A DNA stretch of 64,000 bases from Mobula hypostoma. Taxonomy: Eukaryota. Below the pieces are notes generated by a model. That model was not told the origin of the DNA, did no database searches, and saw nothing but the letters and a program-made list of their open reading frames with translations. The DNA lies in contig NC_086097.1 of assembly GCF_963921235.1 (NCBI RefSeq), positions 193,690,001-193,754,000 on the forward strand, given 5' to 3'. The position numbers and the translations under genes were made by a program. Positions 37,058-50,240 of this stretch are shown here, piece after piece; the stretch's first letter is position 1; every line of letters starts with the position of its first letter.

Positions 37058-37486
37058 GAGGAGGAGTGCCTCATGGTGTGTTTCCTGAACAAAGTGGTAA
37101 CATTGATGGACTAACAGAAAGGCGTGCACGCTGGGATTGCAAGCATGAGGCATCTCAGCCCGCACGTCACACTTTACTAAGTAGTGATGCTGTGCTTAAC
37201 AGACACCAGCTACCCACTGGCTCTGATAATTTGCCATACACAGCACCAGATACTTCAAAGGAGGTAAATGCAAAGTGGACAAGCGAGCCTAATCACAGGA
37301 GCTCAAAGGTACAAGATATGCATAAGGAGGGTATAAAGGTACCAGACATACATGAAAAGGTTCCAAACATACAAGATAAACATGGGAAGGGCCTAAAGGT
37401 AGAAGATATGCACAAGATTGGTTCTAACATACAAGATGGAAGTGAGAAAGGCCCCAGAGTACAAGATGTGCACGTGGACAATCTAG
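37058..37486 (+). CDS. MYOM1: MYOM1 EH-type (embryonic heart) alternative exon, 429 nt / 143 codons, phase 1-1
   Basis: tctAG acceptor; starts GGGVPHGVFPEQSGNIDGLTERRAR, compare human EH GGGVSPDVCPALSDEPGGLTASRGR; stop-free; ctaG|GTgaga donor keeps frame; lies between My6 and My7. Confidence 0.85.
37306..37485 (+). repeat. Coding tandem repeat, 6 x 30 nt (10-aa unit, [KNR][VI]xDxH-like) in the EH exon
   Basis: KVQDMHKEGI / KVPDIHEKVP / NIQDKHGKGL / KVEDMHKIGS / NIQDGSEKGP / RVQDVHVDNL. Confidence 0.9.
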
Positions 37487-38276
37487 GTGAGAAATCAGAA
37501 AATAATATTCAAGTTAAATATATAAAGAAATGCAATCATATTCTGAGTGGAATTTACTCATGCCAAACAAATGTGACTGAATTACTTAATTAGTTTCTAA
37601 GGAAATATAATGAATAACAACAAAAATGTATTTGTTATCACTCATATCAGATGAAGTTTCTAAACAATGGAAGGCATGTACGTTAAGCACAAGTTGGAAG
37701 TAGACTGGAAAGAGCCAAACTATGTTTTGCAAAATATGTTTGGTGGAGATGTTCAAAAGAGGAGGAAGTGGATTACTTTTGGGCTGTATTACAGGAATAT
37801 GGATCCAGCAGAAGAAAGAATGAGCCCAAATAATCTTGTGATACATAAGCAATAAGTTAATTTCAGTGGAATGGTGGGTTACACTGAACCTTATAAAGAT
37901 ATCATTATATTTAAGGAAATCTGACATTAAACTTGGCATTTAAAGATAAGGTTGTTACAACGAAGCTGAAAAAATGAAGACGATAAATCTTAGGGTGTTC
38001 ATCGCTATTTTGTGAGATTTTCATGAGATTAGATAGACCAATTTGACCAGAAATATGGCTGAATAGATTACCTTTCTCAAATTATGCTATTCATGACTTC
38101 TACTGCCCCGCAGTGTGTATGCACAGTAAAACACCTCAAAAGGAGAGAGAAGCATTCTTCAGGGATTTTAATGAGATCTTACTTTTGAAAAGATATTGCT
38201 CTTTCAGGGGAAAATACAGAGAAGATGGAGATGGACATCTTTTTACCATGTGCTTCAAAATGGAAACCAAATTAAC

Positions 38277-41200
38277 TGGCGCTGGAAATAATACAAAAAA
38301 CAATTTATATACAGGAAGTGATGTTAATATAAAACAAACTCCATACTAAGCAAACTGCACCTCTAGAGGTCAGAACACTCCCCACCTGGCATCCACAGGG
38401 TGTCAAACTAGACTATTGAAACTAAAAGTCAAATGATCATTTCACTAAGCCTTTGGCAAAAGAAGGATAGTCTTGGAAATTAATCTTGGAAACAGCCTTC
38501 AGCAGTTTTCATGTTGAAAATACTGGCCTTGATGATGTTCCTGGTGGGGATCAGCAAGAAATACTGGACTATGAGGAGAGTGTGAGCTGATGATTTTGGA
38601 GCCCTCTTGTGGCATGATCAGCCAGGTTGAGATCAGTAGGAACAGAGTTCCGTTGGCTCGTCTGGGTTAATTGCCTGATACATTGGATCGATTGCCTGGT
38701 ATGTTCAATCTATCATGTACATAACCATAGAATCTCTTTTTGTTTCATTAAATGTGTAACTGAACACAACCTTGCTGTCGGTAAAGAACTTGGTATGTGT
38801 CCAGCTCTTCGGTTATCATCTCTGCCATCTCAGCTGCTAGAACAGTGGCATTGAGTTCAAGCCTTGAAATGTTGAGATCTTGTTTGGAAGTAAGCTTTGC
38901 CTAGCCTGGGATGAATCTAACTTCACTGTGTCCAGCAGCGTTTGTTCACGTCTGGTATGCAGCAGTGGCAATAACATTAGTTCTTGTATCACAGAAGAAG
39001 GAGACCTTGTTATTTTGAGCTGCAGATAGCAGAATTGTTATGTAGGTTCGCGGAATTTTCAAACCTTTAAGACCCTGCTGACTCTGTTTATGTTTCTGTT
39101 TCTCTGAGTGGGACATCTCATCCACAAGTGTCCGAGGTCAACTCTCTTAACATGAAGCATCCCTGTATACTGAATGGAGTAGCAAGTTCCAGAATAGTCA
39201 GATAGCATATTGGTAGTCAATAGCATGCCATGATGTGTAAAGGTATCAGCAACCTGTAAAGTAAGGCTGTCAGTAATGACGTCCCATCCAAGGCCCACAC
39301 CGTGCTGCATAGGAGGCAGGTCCTATCCAAGATCAAGATTCTGTAGATCTTTGGAAATGTTGTACGACCTCAACACTGTTAGATACGATCTTACGCAGTC
39401 TGAAATTAGACCATTGCAACATGTCTTGTGCTGCTTCTTCTGCACTAGGAAATGATTTAAGACCATCAACAACATACAAATGCCTCTCAATGTACCCTAA
39501 TGCTTCAGTGCTGAATTCCTTCTCTCCCTCGATGGCTCTCCTCTTAGGCCATAAGACATAGGAATAGAATTAGGCCATTTGATCCATCAAGTTTGCTCTG
39601 CCATTTAATCATGGCTGATCCTTTTTTTTTCCCCTCCTCAGCCCCACTCCCTGGCCTTCTCCCCGTAACCTTTGATGCTGTGTCCAATCAAGAACCTATC
39701 AAACTCGACCTTTAATACACCCAATGACCCAGTTTCCACAGCTGCTTGTGGTTAAAAAATTCCACAAATTCACCATCCTCTGGCTAAAGAAATTTCTCCA
39801 TATCTCTGTTTTAAAAGGATGTCCCTCTATCCTGAGGTTGTGACCTCTTGTCCTAGACTCCCCCACCATGGGAAACACCCTTTCCACGTCTAGGCCTTTC
39901 GACATTTGAAAGTTTTCAGTGAGATCCCCCCCATCCTTCTAAATTCCAGTGAGTGCAGACCCAGAGCTGTCAAACATTCCTTGTATGATAACCCTTTCAT
40001 TCCCGGAATCATCCTTGTGAACCTCCTCTGAACCCTCTCCAATGCCAGCACATCTTTTCTTAGATGAGGAGCCCAGAACTGTTCACGATACTCAAGGTGA
40101 GGTCTCACCAGTGCCTTATAAAGCCTCAGCATCACATCCCTGCTCTTGTATTCTAGATCTCTTGAAATGAATGCTAGCATTGCATTTGCCTTCCTCATCA
40201 CCGACTCTACCTGCAAGTTAACCTTCAGGGTGTTCTCCACAAAGACTCCCACATCCCTTTGCATCTCAGATTTTTGGATTTTTTCCCCATTTAGAAAATA
40301 GCCTTCACATTTATTTTTTCTACCAAAGTGCATGACCATGCATTTTCCAGCATTGTATTTCATTTGCCACATTTTTGTCCATTCTCCTAATCTGTCTTAA
40401 GTTCTTCAGCTTACCTGTTTCCTCAACACTACCTGCCCCTCCACCAATCTTTGTATCATCTGCAAACTTGGCAACAAAGCCATCTATTCCATCATCTAAA
40501 TCGATATACAACATAAAAAGATGCGGTCCCAACACCAGACCCTGTAGAACACCACTAGTCACTGGCAGCCAGTCAGAAAAAGATCCTTTTATTCCCATTT
40601 GCTGCCTCCTACCAATCAGCCAATGCTCTAACTATGCTAGTGACTTTCCTGTAATACCATGAGCTCTTAACTTGGTAAGCAGCCTCATGTGTAGCACTTT
40701 GTCAAAGGCCTTCTGAAAATCCAAACATATAATATCCACTGTATCCCCTTTATCTATCCTACTTGTAATCTCCTCAAAAAATTCTAAATCCCTTAAGGAA
40801 ACCATGCTGACTTTGCCCTATCTTGTCCTGTGTCACCAAGTGCTCCCTAACCTCATCCTTAACAATTGATTTCAACATCTCCCAACCACTGAGGTCAGGC
40901 TAACTGGTCTACAATTTCCTTTCTACTGCCTTCCTCCTTTCTTAAAGAGTGTAGTGACATTTGCAATTTTCTAGTCCTCTAGCAACATGCCAAAGTCCAA
41001 TGATTTTTGAAAGATTACTAATGCCTCCACAAACTCTACTGCTATCTCTTTCAGAATCCTAGAGTGCAGTTCCTCTGGTCCGGGTGACTTATGTACCCGT
41101 AGGTCTTTCAGCTTTTTGAGCATTTTTCCCTTGTAATTGTAACTGCACCCACTTCTCTTCCTTCACACCCTTCAACAGCTGGCACACTGCTAGTGTCTTC

Positions 41201-43232
41201 CACACTAGGACTGATGCAAAATACTCATTTAGTTCATCTGCCATCTCCTTGTCCCTTGTTATTATTTCTCCTGCCTCATTTTCTAGCAGTCCTATAACCA
41301 CTTTCATCTTTCTTTTAATTTTTAAATACTTGAAAAAGCTTTTACTATCCACTTTGATATTATTCACCTGCTTCCTGTCATATTTCATCTTTTCCCTCCT
41401 ATTGATTCTTTTAGTTGCTCTCTCTAGGTTTTTAAAAGCTTCCCAATCCTCTGACTTGCCACTAATTTGTGTGTTGTTGTATGCTCTCTCTCTTGCTGTT
41501 ACATTAGCTCTGACTTCCCTTGTCAACCACTGGTGTACTATCAAGGCCATAGATTGTTACAGCTGGCTTAGGGCAGTTACAAAATACACGAACTCTCATA
41601 TGGTACTCCAGAATCTTGTTGTCAAGTGGTGGTCATGAAACCACAAGAATCTGAGGTAGTTTTGATAATCCTCTCTCACGAGAAATCTGTTGAATATTTT
41701 TCAATGTCTGCCATCACTATGATGGACTCAGTTCTGAAGTAGATGAGGACTCCCTAGCAGGGTGTTATTGAGGTCCAGACCCCACAAGAGCACATTTTTC
41801 AGTAGTATTCCTTTGAAATGTGCACTTGAATCAAAGACAATTTGTTTGTGTACATTTTGCTAGGGGTGGTAAACACCAAAATTGGGCAAATACCAGTTTT
41901 CTATGTTGGGATCAGGTGGAGGTGTAATAATCGCTGAAGGGTCTCTCCCTGAACTCCACATAATGATCTATCATTTCTGTTTTACTTCTCAATGTGCAGC
42001 TGAGGGACATGAGTCAACAGAGGGCCTGCTCTCTGTTGATTGGTAAGAGTTGTCATGGAGAGTGGAATTGAAGGGGAGCTACTTAATTGTTTGACTCGAC
42101 TTTACTGAACTTTTTGTTCATGATTCAGAGAAAGACCTCATCTTTGATGGAAGGTGCCAGCTTATAATCACATTCCAAGTGACGGAAGACCAGTTTGCCT
42201 AAATCTGCTTGAGCAGAGGCGAGTATGCCAGAGGACTGTTTCCTCACCTACATTCTTCTCTTTCGTGCAGATTCTATTCTGACAGAGTCTGAAATGACTT
42301 GAACACCCGTTCTCCAGGACATTAGCCTTAAGTGTGCTGACATTGGGATGATGAGCACCTTTGAGGCAGACTTCACCCACTATGACCCAACCCAGGTCCA
42401 GTCATTGGGCATAAGATGCATTGTGCCAACCATTGCGTTGTTCAGGCTCCTTGTGTGCACAAATGTTGTTTTTGCCAAGCAACAGGACAATCACAGCAGG
42501 AGAGACAAGTGGGGGAATCTTGTCAGCTGTGGCCTTAAGATATGAGCGACTGCATTCAGCTTCAGGAGTTGGAATTTCATCCCTGTTTTCGAGAATATGG
42601 TCACACTCATTGAGGGTTGGCAAGGGTAAGCAGACCTCCACTCCTGTTAACTACATGACAAATCCACTGGCTTTTCTTCCGAAAACTTCTGATGTTCCAG
42701 AGCATTGTTTGGAGTGTATAGGGAAACTGAACTTTGAATACTGAGTGTGTCATGCTTCAGCCAATACTGTCTATGTAAGCTGCCTCTTCATGCTCCTTTG
42801 CCTCTGCTGAGGCAGCCTCAGCTTCTCACTCTTCCTTGAGCTCACTTAATATAGTCTCTATACTTGCTCTCTTCATGTCTGTGTGAGCTTTCTCCATTTG
42901 CATCTCAATTTTGCATTTAGGATAAGCTGCTCTCATGCTTGCCACTTCAGCTCTGGCAGGGGCTTGTGCTGCAGCTATGCTAATCATAGATTTGTTTGAG
43001 CATCGTGATGACATGATCGATGCGCCACATTCAAACCTTACTTCCAGGTAACAGCGATTAACATTGCTCGGGTTGGAAGCTGACATTGTTGTGTCTGGAT
43101 GCCTTTCAAATTGAGCTATCTATTTACTCTGTTGCAGGAAATTATATATATAAAAAAAGTTGATGTACAGGAAGTGATGTCGATAACTAATGAATCTCAT
43201 GCATGATCCTCTCAGGCAATATATTCAGATCA
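38277..43232 (-). mobile_element. Degenerate BEL/Pao LTR retrotransposon with ~100-bp candidate LTRs, interrupted by CR1
   Basis: minus strand: gag-like AAAQAPARAEVASMRAA (42826-43086), DKIPPLVSPAVIVLLLG, WYLPNFGVYHP..IVFDSSA..GLDLNNTLLG (~41750-41900), ISRLELNATVLAAE..FFTDSKVV..NLADHATRG (~38600-38880); related ends 38277-38377 and 43130-43232. Confidence 0.8.
39545..41540 (-). mobile_element. CR1-clade LINE, 5'-truncated, inserted in the BEL/Pao element
   Basis: WQMKYNAGKCMVMHFGR, KFADDTKIGG, LVRPHLEY. Confidence 0.92.
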
Positions 43233-43334
43233 CTGTATAATTTTCTTTTCCCATCATCTTAAAAGATGTATCACATGAAATCTCTCTCAGCAAGTTTGGC
43301 TGAGGGAAATATGTTAGCTGAGCCATCTCTCAGT

Positions 43335-43760
43335 TTTATACTTACTGCCTGTCATGCTGCAGGCATTTAGGGCAGCAATGAAGGTCCTCCATCTCTGGTG
43401 GTGTTCAGGGATCCCTTCATCATGTGAATAGCTCCCTCTCAGGTTTCACTACTGTCAGTCCTACAAGTCCTGGGCGGAGACTCAGGAATACTTCCATACT
43501 CAGATGTAGAAGGATTCTTCATTGCTGTTTCCAAAACAATTTTGTTTTACCTGTCAGGTTTGTGAACCCTGACCTGACTCCCCAAACCTGGAGGGCCGGT
43601 GGACCACTTTTTGTCTGTCCTCTACCCTTTGACCTGTTTGGCATGGGAGACCCTACCAAGAGCCAAAGCATATAAAGCCCTGAATCCAGCCAACGTAGCT
43701 CTCCACGTCATCGAGGCAAGCAAACCTCCAAACCATGACAAGGTTCTGGTCCTTTCGGAG
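43335..43760 (-). mobile_element. Bipartite non-autonomous RTE element (5' UTR joined to 3' end)
   Basis: minus strand starts accttgtcatggtttggaggtttgcttgcctcgatga...ggtagggtctcccatgccaaacaggtcaaagg (RTE/BovB-like 5' UTR) and ends gccctaaatgcc...ggcagtaagta. Confidence 0.6.
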
Positions 43761-43834
43761 GATTATTTCAATACTTTGTCCCAAAGGCAACACTACTGTC
43801 ATTATAGCTGCCATTCAGATATGCACTAAGTACC

Positions 43835-45720
43835 AGCATGGCAGATGTACTTACCGAGTACCTTATATCTATCTTCACTGTGGAAGACACTAGCCAGAGT
43901 GTCAGGGAGCATGAGTGAGTGCCATTGCTATTACAAAGGAAAAATTGTCAGGCAAATTCAAAGGTCTTAAGGTGGATAAGTCACCTGCACCAGATGGACT
44001 TCATCCCAGAGTCCTGAGAGAGGTTGATAAGGCATCCGTTAGTCTTGCGAGACCATGGATCTGCGCCTGGAAAGTCTTCACTCTCCAGGGCGCAGGCCTG
44101 GGCAAGGTTGTATGGAAGACCAGCAGTTGCCCATGCTACAAGTCTCCCCTCTCCTTGATACCAATGTTGTCCAAGGGAAGGGCACTAGGACCCATACAGC
44201 TGGGCACAAGTGTCGTCGTAGAGCAATGTGTGATTAAGTGCCTTGCTCAAGGACACAACACACGTTGCCTCGGCTGGGGCTCAAACTCACAACCTTCAGG
44301 TCGCTAGTCCAATGCCTTAACCACTTGGTCACCTGCCCACACAGAGGTTGATAAAGAGATAACAAATGCATTCATCATCATTTTTCAAGAATCTCTTCAA
44401 TCCGACCTTGACCCGGTGGACTGGAAGATTGCAAATATCACTCCACACTTTAAAAAGGGATGAAGGCAAAAAGAAGGGAAATTATGGGCCAATTAGCCTA
44501 ACATCAGTGGTTGGGAAAGTGTTGGAATCTGTGATTAAGAATGAAGTTTTGGCGTACTTGGAGACTGATGATAAAATAAGTCAAAGTCAGCATGGTTTCT
44601 ATGAATGGATATCTGTTAGAGTTCTTCAAGGAAGTAACAAGCAGGGTGGACAAAGGAGAGGCAGTGGATGTCATTTACTTGGATTTTCAGAAGGCATTTG
44701 ATAAGGTGCCACAGATGATGCTGATTAACAAGATAAAATCCTATGGTGTTACAGGAAAGATACTAACATGGATAGAGGAGTGGATGGCAGACAGGAGGCA
44801 GCCAGTGGGAATAAGGGGGGGGGGGGTCTGATTGGCTGCCAGTGACTAGTGGTGTTCCTCAGAGATCAGTATTGGGACCACTGCTTTTCACACTGTTTGT
44901 CAATGATTTGGATAATGGAATTAATGGTTTTGTGGCAAAGTTTGTGGATGATATGAAGATAGGTGGAGGGGTAGGTAGTGTTGAGGAAACAATGTGATTG
45001 CAGTGGGGCTCAGGCAGATTGGAAGAATGGGCAAAAAAGTGGCAGATGGAATTCAGTGTTGGGAAATGTATGATGATGCATTTTGGTAAAAGGAACAATA
45101 GTGCAGACTATTATCTAAATGGGGAAAAAAATCAAACATCAGAGGTGAGAGGGACATTGGCATCCTCGTGCAAGACCCCCAGAAGGTTAATTTATAGGTT
45201 GAGTCTGTGGTAAGGAAGACAAATGCAATGTTGGCATTTATTTCAAGGGTAATAGAATATAAAATCAAGAAGATAATGCTGAGGCTCTATAAGACACTAG
45301 TTAAGCAACACTTGGAGATTTGTCAACAGTTTTGGGCCCCATATTTCCAAAAGGGTGTGTTGTCATTGGAGAGAGTCCAGAGGATGTTCAGAAGGATAAT
45401 TCCAGGAATGAAGGGGTTAACATATGAGGAGTGTTTGGTAGCTTTGGACCTGTACTCACTGGCAATTAGAAGAATATGTGAGGATCTCATCGAATTCTAC
45501 CGAATTCTGAAAGGACTAGATAATGTGGATGTGGAGAGGATGTTTCCTACGGTGGGGGGAGGGGTATCCAGAATTAGAGGGCACAGCCTCAAAATTGAGG
45601 GATGATCTTTTAGAACAGAGGTAAGGAGGATTTTTTGTAGCCAAAAAGTAGTGAATCTGTGGAATGCTCTGCCACAGACTGAGGTGGAGGCCAAGTGCGT
45701 GGGTATATTTAAAGCAGAGC
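43835..45720 (+). mobile_element. CR1-clade LINE remnant
   Basis: KSPAPDGLHPRVL, NYGPISLTSVVGKVLES, YLDFQKAFDKVP. Confidence 0.9.
44031..44342 (-). mobile_element. tRNA-headed SINE with CORE-like segment and RTE-like tail
   Basis: minus strand: A box tgaccaagtgg, B box gagtttgagcc, tgtgtccttgagcaaggcacttaa, tail ccatggtctcgcaagactaacgg; 12-bp TSD agaggttgataa at 44019-44030 and 44343-44354. Confidence 0.85.
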
Positions 45721-48612
45721 TGTTGAGGAGGGATTAAACTAACTTGGCAGGGGGTGGGTACCAGAGTGAAGGGACTCAGGATAGGACAGATGGTGAAAAC
45801 GTAAAGATAGTGTGCAGTCAGATTGTCAGGAAGGGCAGGCAGGGGATGGGACTTAGTTGTAGCCAACAGGCTGAGTATCAAATCATTAGGGATGCAGAAT
45901 CAGAAAGGATAGCAAATAGGGTACTCAAGGTGTTGTATCTCAATGCACATAGTATAAAAAATGAAGTGAATGATCTTGTTGAAAATTTACAGATTACCAG
46001 GTATCATGTTGTGGCCATCACTGAATCTTAGCTGAAGGATGGCTGTAGTTGGGAGCTGAATGTCCAAGGTTGCACGTTATATTGGAGAGATAGGAAGGTA
46101 GGCAGAGGGGGTGGTGTGGCTCTGCTGGTAAAGAATGGCATCAAATCAGTAGAAAGATGTGACATGGGATCAGAAGATGTTGAATCCTTGTAGATTGAGT
46201 TAAGAAACTGCAAGGGTAAAAGGATGTTGATGGCAGTTGTTTACAGGCCTCCCAACAGTGGCTGGAAGGTGGACCACAGGTTACAGCGGGAAATAGAAAC
46301 AGTGAGTCAAAAGGGCAATGTTATGGTAGTCATAGCAGATTTTAACATGCAGGTTGATTGGGATAATCAGGTTAGCAATAGATCTCAAGCGAGTGAGTTT
46401 GTTAAAAGCCTAAGAGAAAGCTTTTTAGAGCAGTTTGTCATTGAGCCTACTAGGGGATCAGCTATACTGGATTGGGTGTTAAGTAATGAACCGGAGTCAA
46501 TTAGGGAGCTTAAGGCAAAAGAACCCTTAGGAACTAGTGATCACAATATGATTGTGTTCAACTTGAAATTTGATGGGGAGAAAGTAAAGTCTGATGTAGC
46601 TGTATTTCAGTGTAGTAACGGAAATTACAGTGGTACAAGAGAGGAGCTGACCAAAGTAAATCGGAAGGAGCTGCTGGCAGGCATGTCAACAGAGCAGCAA
46701 TGGTGTTTGTTTCTGGGAAAAATGAGGAAGGCGCAGGACCTGAGTATTCCAAAATTGAAGAAATACTCAGCTGATAAAATAGCACAACCGTGGCTAACAA
46801 GGGAAGTCAAAGCATTTGTAAAAGCAAAAGAAAGGGCATACAACAAAGCAAAAATTAGTGGGAAGATAGAGGATTGGGAAGTTTTTAAAAACCTACGGAG
46901 AGCAACTAAAAAAATCATTAGAAAGGAAAAGATGAACTGTGAAAGCAAGCTAGCAAATAATATTAATGGGGATAGTAAAAGTTTTTTCAAGTATGTTAAA
47001 AATGAAAGAGAAATGAGAGTGGATATAGGACTGCTAGAAAATGAGGCCAGAGAAATAATAATGGGGGACAAGGAGATGGCTGATGAACTAAATGAGTATT
47101 TTGTGTCTGTCTTCAGTGTGGAAGACACCAACAGTATGCCTGATGTTGTAGTGTGTGAAGGAAGAGTAGAAGGTGCAATTACTATTACAAGGGAGAAGGT
47201 GTTCCAAAAGCTGAAAGACCTAAAAGGTACATAAGTCACCTGGACCAGATGAACTGCACCCTAGGGTTCTGAAAGATGTAGCATTAGAGATTGTGGTGGC
47301 ATTAGAAATGATCTTTCAAAAATCATTGGACTCTGGCATGGAGCCAGAGGACTAGAAAATTGCAAATGTCGCTCCACTTTTTAAGAAAGGAGGAAGGCAG
47401 CAGAAATGAAATTATGGACCAGCTAGCCTCACCTCAGTGTTAGAGTCAATTGTTAAGGACGAGATGATGGAGTATTTGGTGATACAGGACAAGATAGTAC
47501 AAATTCAGCATGGTTCCCTTCAGAGAAAATCCTGCCTGATGAAACTGTTGGAATTCTTTGAGGAGATTACAAGTAGGATAGATAAAGGGGATGCAGCGGA
47601 TGTTGTATATTTGGACTTCCAGAAGGCTCTTGACAAGGTACCACACATGAGGCTGCTTACCAAGTTAAGAGCTCATGGTACTACAGGAAAGTTACCAACA
47701 TGGTTCGAGCATTGGCTGATTGGTAGGAGGCAGTGAGTGGGAATAAAAGGATCCTTTTCTGGTTGGCTGCCAGTTACTAGTGGAGTTCCACAGGGGTCAG
47801 TGTTGGGACCACTTCTTTTTATGCTGTATATAAATGATTAAGATGATAGAATAGATGGCTTTGTTGCCAAGTTTGCAGATGATACAAAGATTGGTTGAGA
47901 GGCAGGTAGTGTTGAGGAAACAGGTAGGATGCAGAAGGACTTAAACAGATTAGGAGAATGGGCTAGAAAATGGCAAATGAAATACAGTGTTGGAAAATGC
48001 ATGGTTGTGCACTTTGGTAGTAGAAATAAATGTACAGACTGTTTTCTAAATGAGGAGAAAATCCAGGAATCTGAGATGCAGAGGGACTTGGGAGTCCTTG
48101 TGCAGAACAACCTGGAGGTAAGGAAGGTAAATACCACGTTAGCATTAATTTCAAGAGGTCTAGTATACAAGAGTAAGGATGTGATGATGAGGCTTTATAA
48201 GGCACTGATGAAGCCTCACCTTGAGTATTGTGAACAGTTTTGAGCCCCTCATCTTAGAAAAGATGTGCTGGCATTGGAGAGGGTCCAGAGGATATTCACA
48301 AGGATGATTCCAGAAATGAAAGGGTAATCATTTGAGGGACGTTTGATGGCTCTAGGTCTGTATTCACTGGAATTCAGAAGGATGAGCTGGGATCTCATTG
48401 AAACCTTTCGAATGTGGAAAGGCCTGAACAGATGTTTCCCATGGTGGGAGAGTCTAGGACAAGAGGGCACAGCCTCAGGATAGAGGCGCGCCTTTTCAAA
48501 ACAAAGATGCGGAGAAATTTCTTTAGCCAAAGGGTGGCGAATTTGTTGCCACATGCAGCTGTGGAGGCCAGGTCATTGGGTGTATTTAAGGCAGAGATTG
48601 ATAGGTTCTTGA
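45721..48612 (+). mobile_element. Long CR1-clade LINE with APE endonuclease and RT (decayed)
   Basis: LYLNAHSI, VVAITES, VYRPPNS, DFN, LGTSDHNMI, YLDFQKALDKVPH. Confidence 0.92.
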
Positions 48613-49069
48613 TAGTTATCAAGTTTGAATGGATAACCAAATGAACCAAGATGATATTTAAATTGTTGGTAATTAACTGGTTTAGCTTCTTTAAAAAAAA
48701 TCTTACTAATTTTCCCAAGCAAGCTTATTAGCTTCTGCCTTAATGTTTCCCGTAGGATACAGACCTTGAAATAAAAAGAATAAATACAAAGGGGAATATG
48801 TAAATGTACAATTTAATATAATTATGAAGTATTATATCTTGATATTTATAAAACAACACATTCTTAATGTAAGGAGTGGGAGTGAACAGATAGTCAAAAT
48901 ATATCATCCTTGCTAGTCAGTGTAAAGCAGTAAAGCTGTGGAAAAAGTTGAGGAAGGAAAATGTATCCTCTAGGATGAAATAAGTAAGTTTTGATGGATT
49001 CTTTTTGACAAACTCTAGTTCATGCACAGAAATGTGAACAGGTTTGGACATTCAATAACAGTAAATTGA

Positions 49070-50240
49070 GGATCATTATGGTTCAAGTTTTGGCGTACTT
49101 GGAGGCACATGGTAAAATAGGTTAAACTGAGCATGGTTTTGTTGAGGGAAAATCTTGCCTGACAAATCTACTGGAATTTTTTTCAAGAAACAACAAGCAG
49201 GATAGACAAAGGAGACTTGATGGATGTTGTGTACTTGGATTTTCAGAAGGCCTTTAACAAGCCACATATAAGATTGCTTAGCACAATAAGTGTTCATGAT
49301 ATTACAGGAAAGATACTAGCATAAATGGACAATTGGCTGATTGGTAGGAGGCAACGAGTGGGAATAAAGGGAGCCTTTTCTGATTGGCTACCAGTAACTA
49401 GTGTTGTTCCGCAGGGGACAGTCTTGAGACTGCTTCTTTTTACATTATATGCCAATGATTTGAATAATGGAATTGGTGGCTTTGTGACCAAGTTTGCAGA
49501 CAATGCAAAGATGGGTGGAGGAGCTGTTAGTTTTGAGGAAGCAGGGAGGCCTCAGAAGAACTTACAGGTAGGAGAATGGGCAAAGAAGAGGCAGATGGAC
49601 TACAATGTTGGGAAGTGTATGGTCATGCACTTTGGTGGAAGGAATAAAAGTGTAGACTATTTTCTAAATGGGGAGAAAATCCAACTATCAAAGCTGCAAG
49701 TAGATTTGAGAATCCTCGTGCTGGATTCCCTAAAGGTTAACTTGCAGGTTGAGTCGGTGGTGAGGAAGGCAAATGCAATGTTAGCATTTATTTTGAGGGA
49801 CTAGAATATAAAAACAAGGACGTAATGAGTGTTTGACGGTTTTGGGCCTGTACTTGCTGGAATCTGGAAGAATGAAGTGGGGGGGAGGTGGTGATCCCAT
49901 TGAAACCCATTGAATGTTGAAAAGGTAGATGGAGCGAATGTGGAGGGGATGTTTCCTATAGTGGGAGAGTCTAGGTCCAGAGGATACAACCCCAGAACAG
50001 AGGGATGTCCAGTTAGTGTAGAGCTGAGGAAGAATTTCTTTAGCCAGAAGGTGGTGAATCTATAAAATTCATTGCCACAGGCAGCCGTGGAGGCCAGGTT
50101 TTAGGTGTATTTAAGGTGAAGGCTGATAAATTCTTGATAAGTCATATGAAAAGTTACGGAGTGAAAGGTTACAGGAATGGTGGAGCAGACTCAATAGCCT
50201 GAATGGTCTAATTCTGCTCCTATGTCTTATGGTCTTAAGG
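49070..50240 (+). mobile_element. CR1-clade LINE remnant
   Basis: WLIGRRQRVGIKG, KFADNAKMGG; tcttatggtctt tail. Confidence 0.88.

Noticed and set aside
37487..37593. ORF continuing past the EH donor (GEKSENNIQ...)
   Set aside because: Most simply intron read-through; no support for an alternative terminal exon without transcripts.
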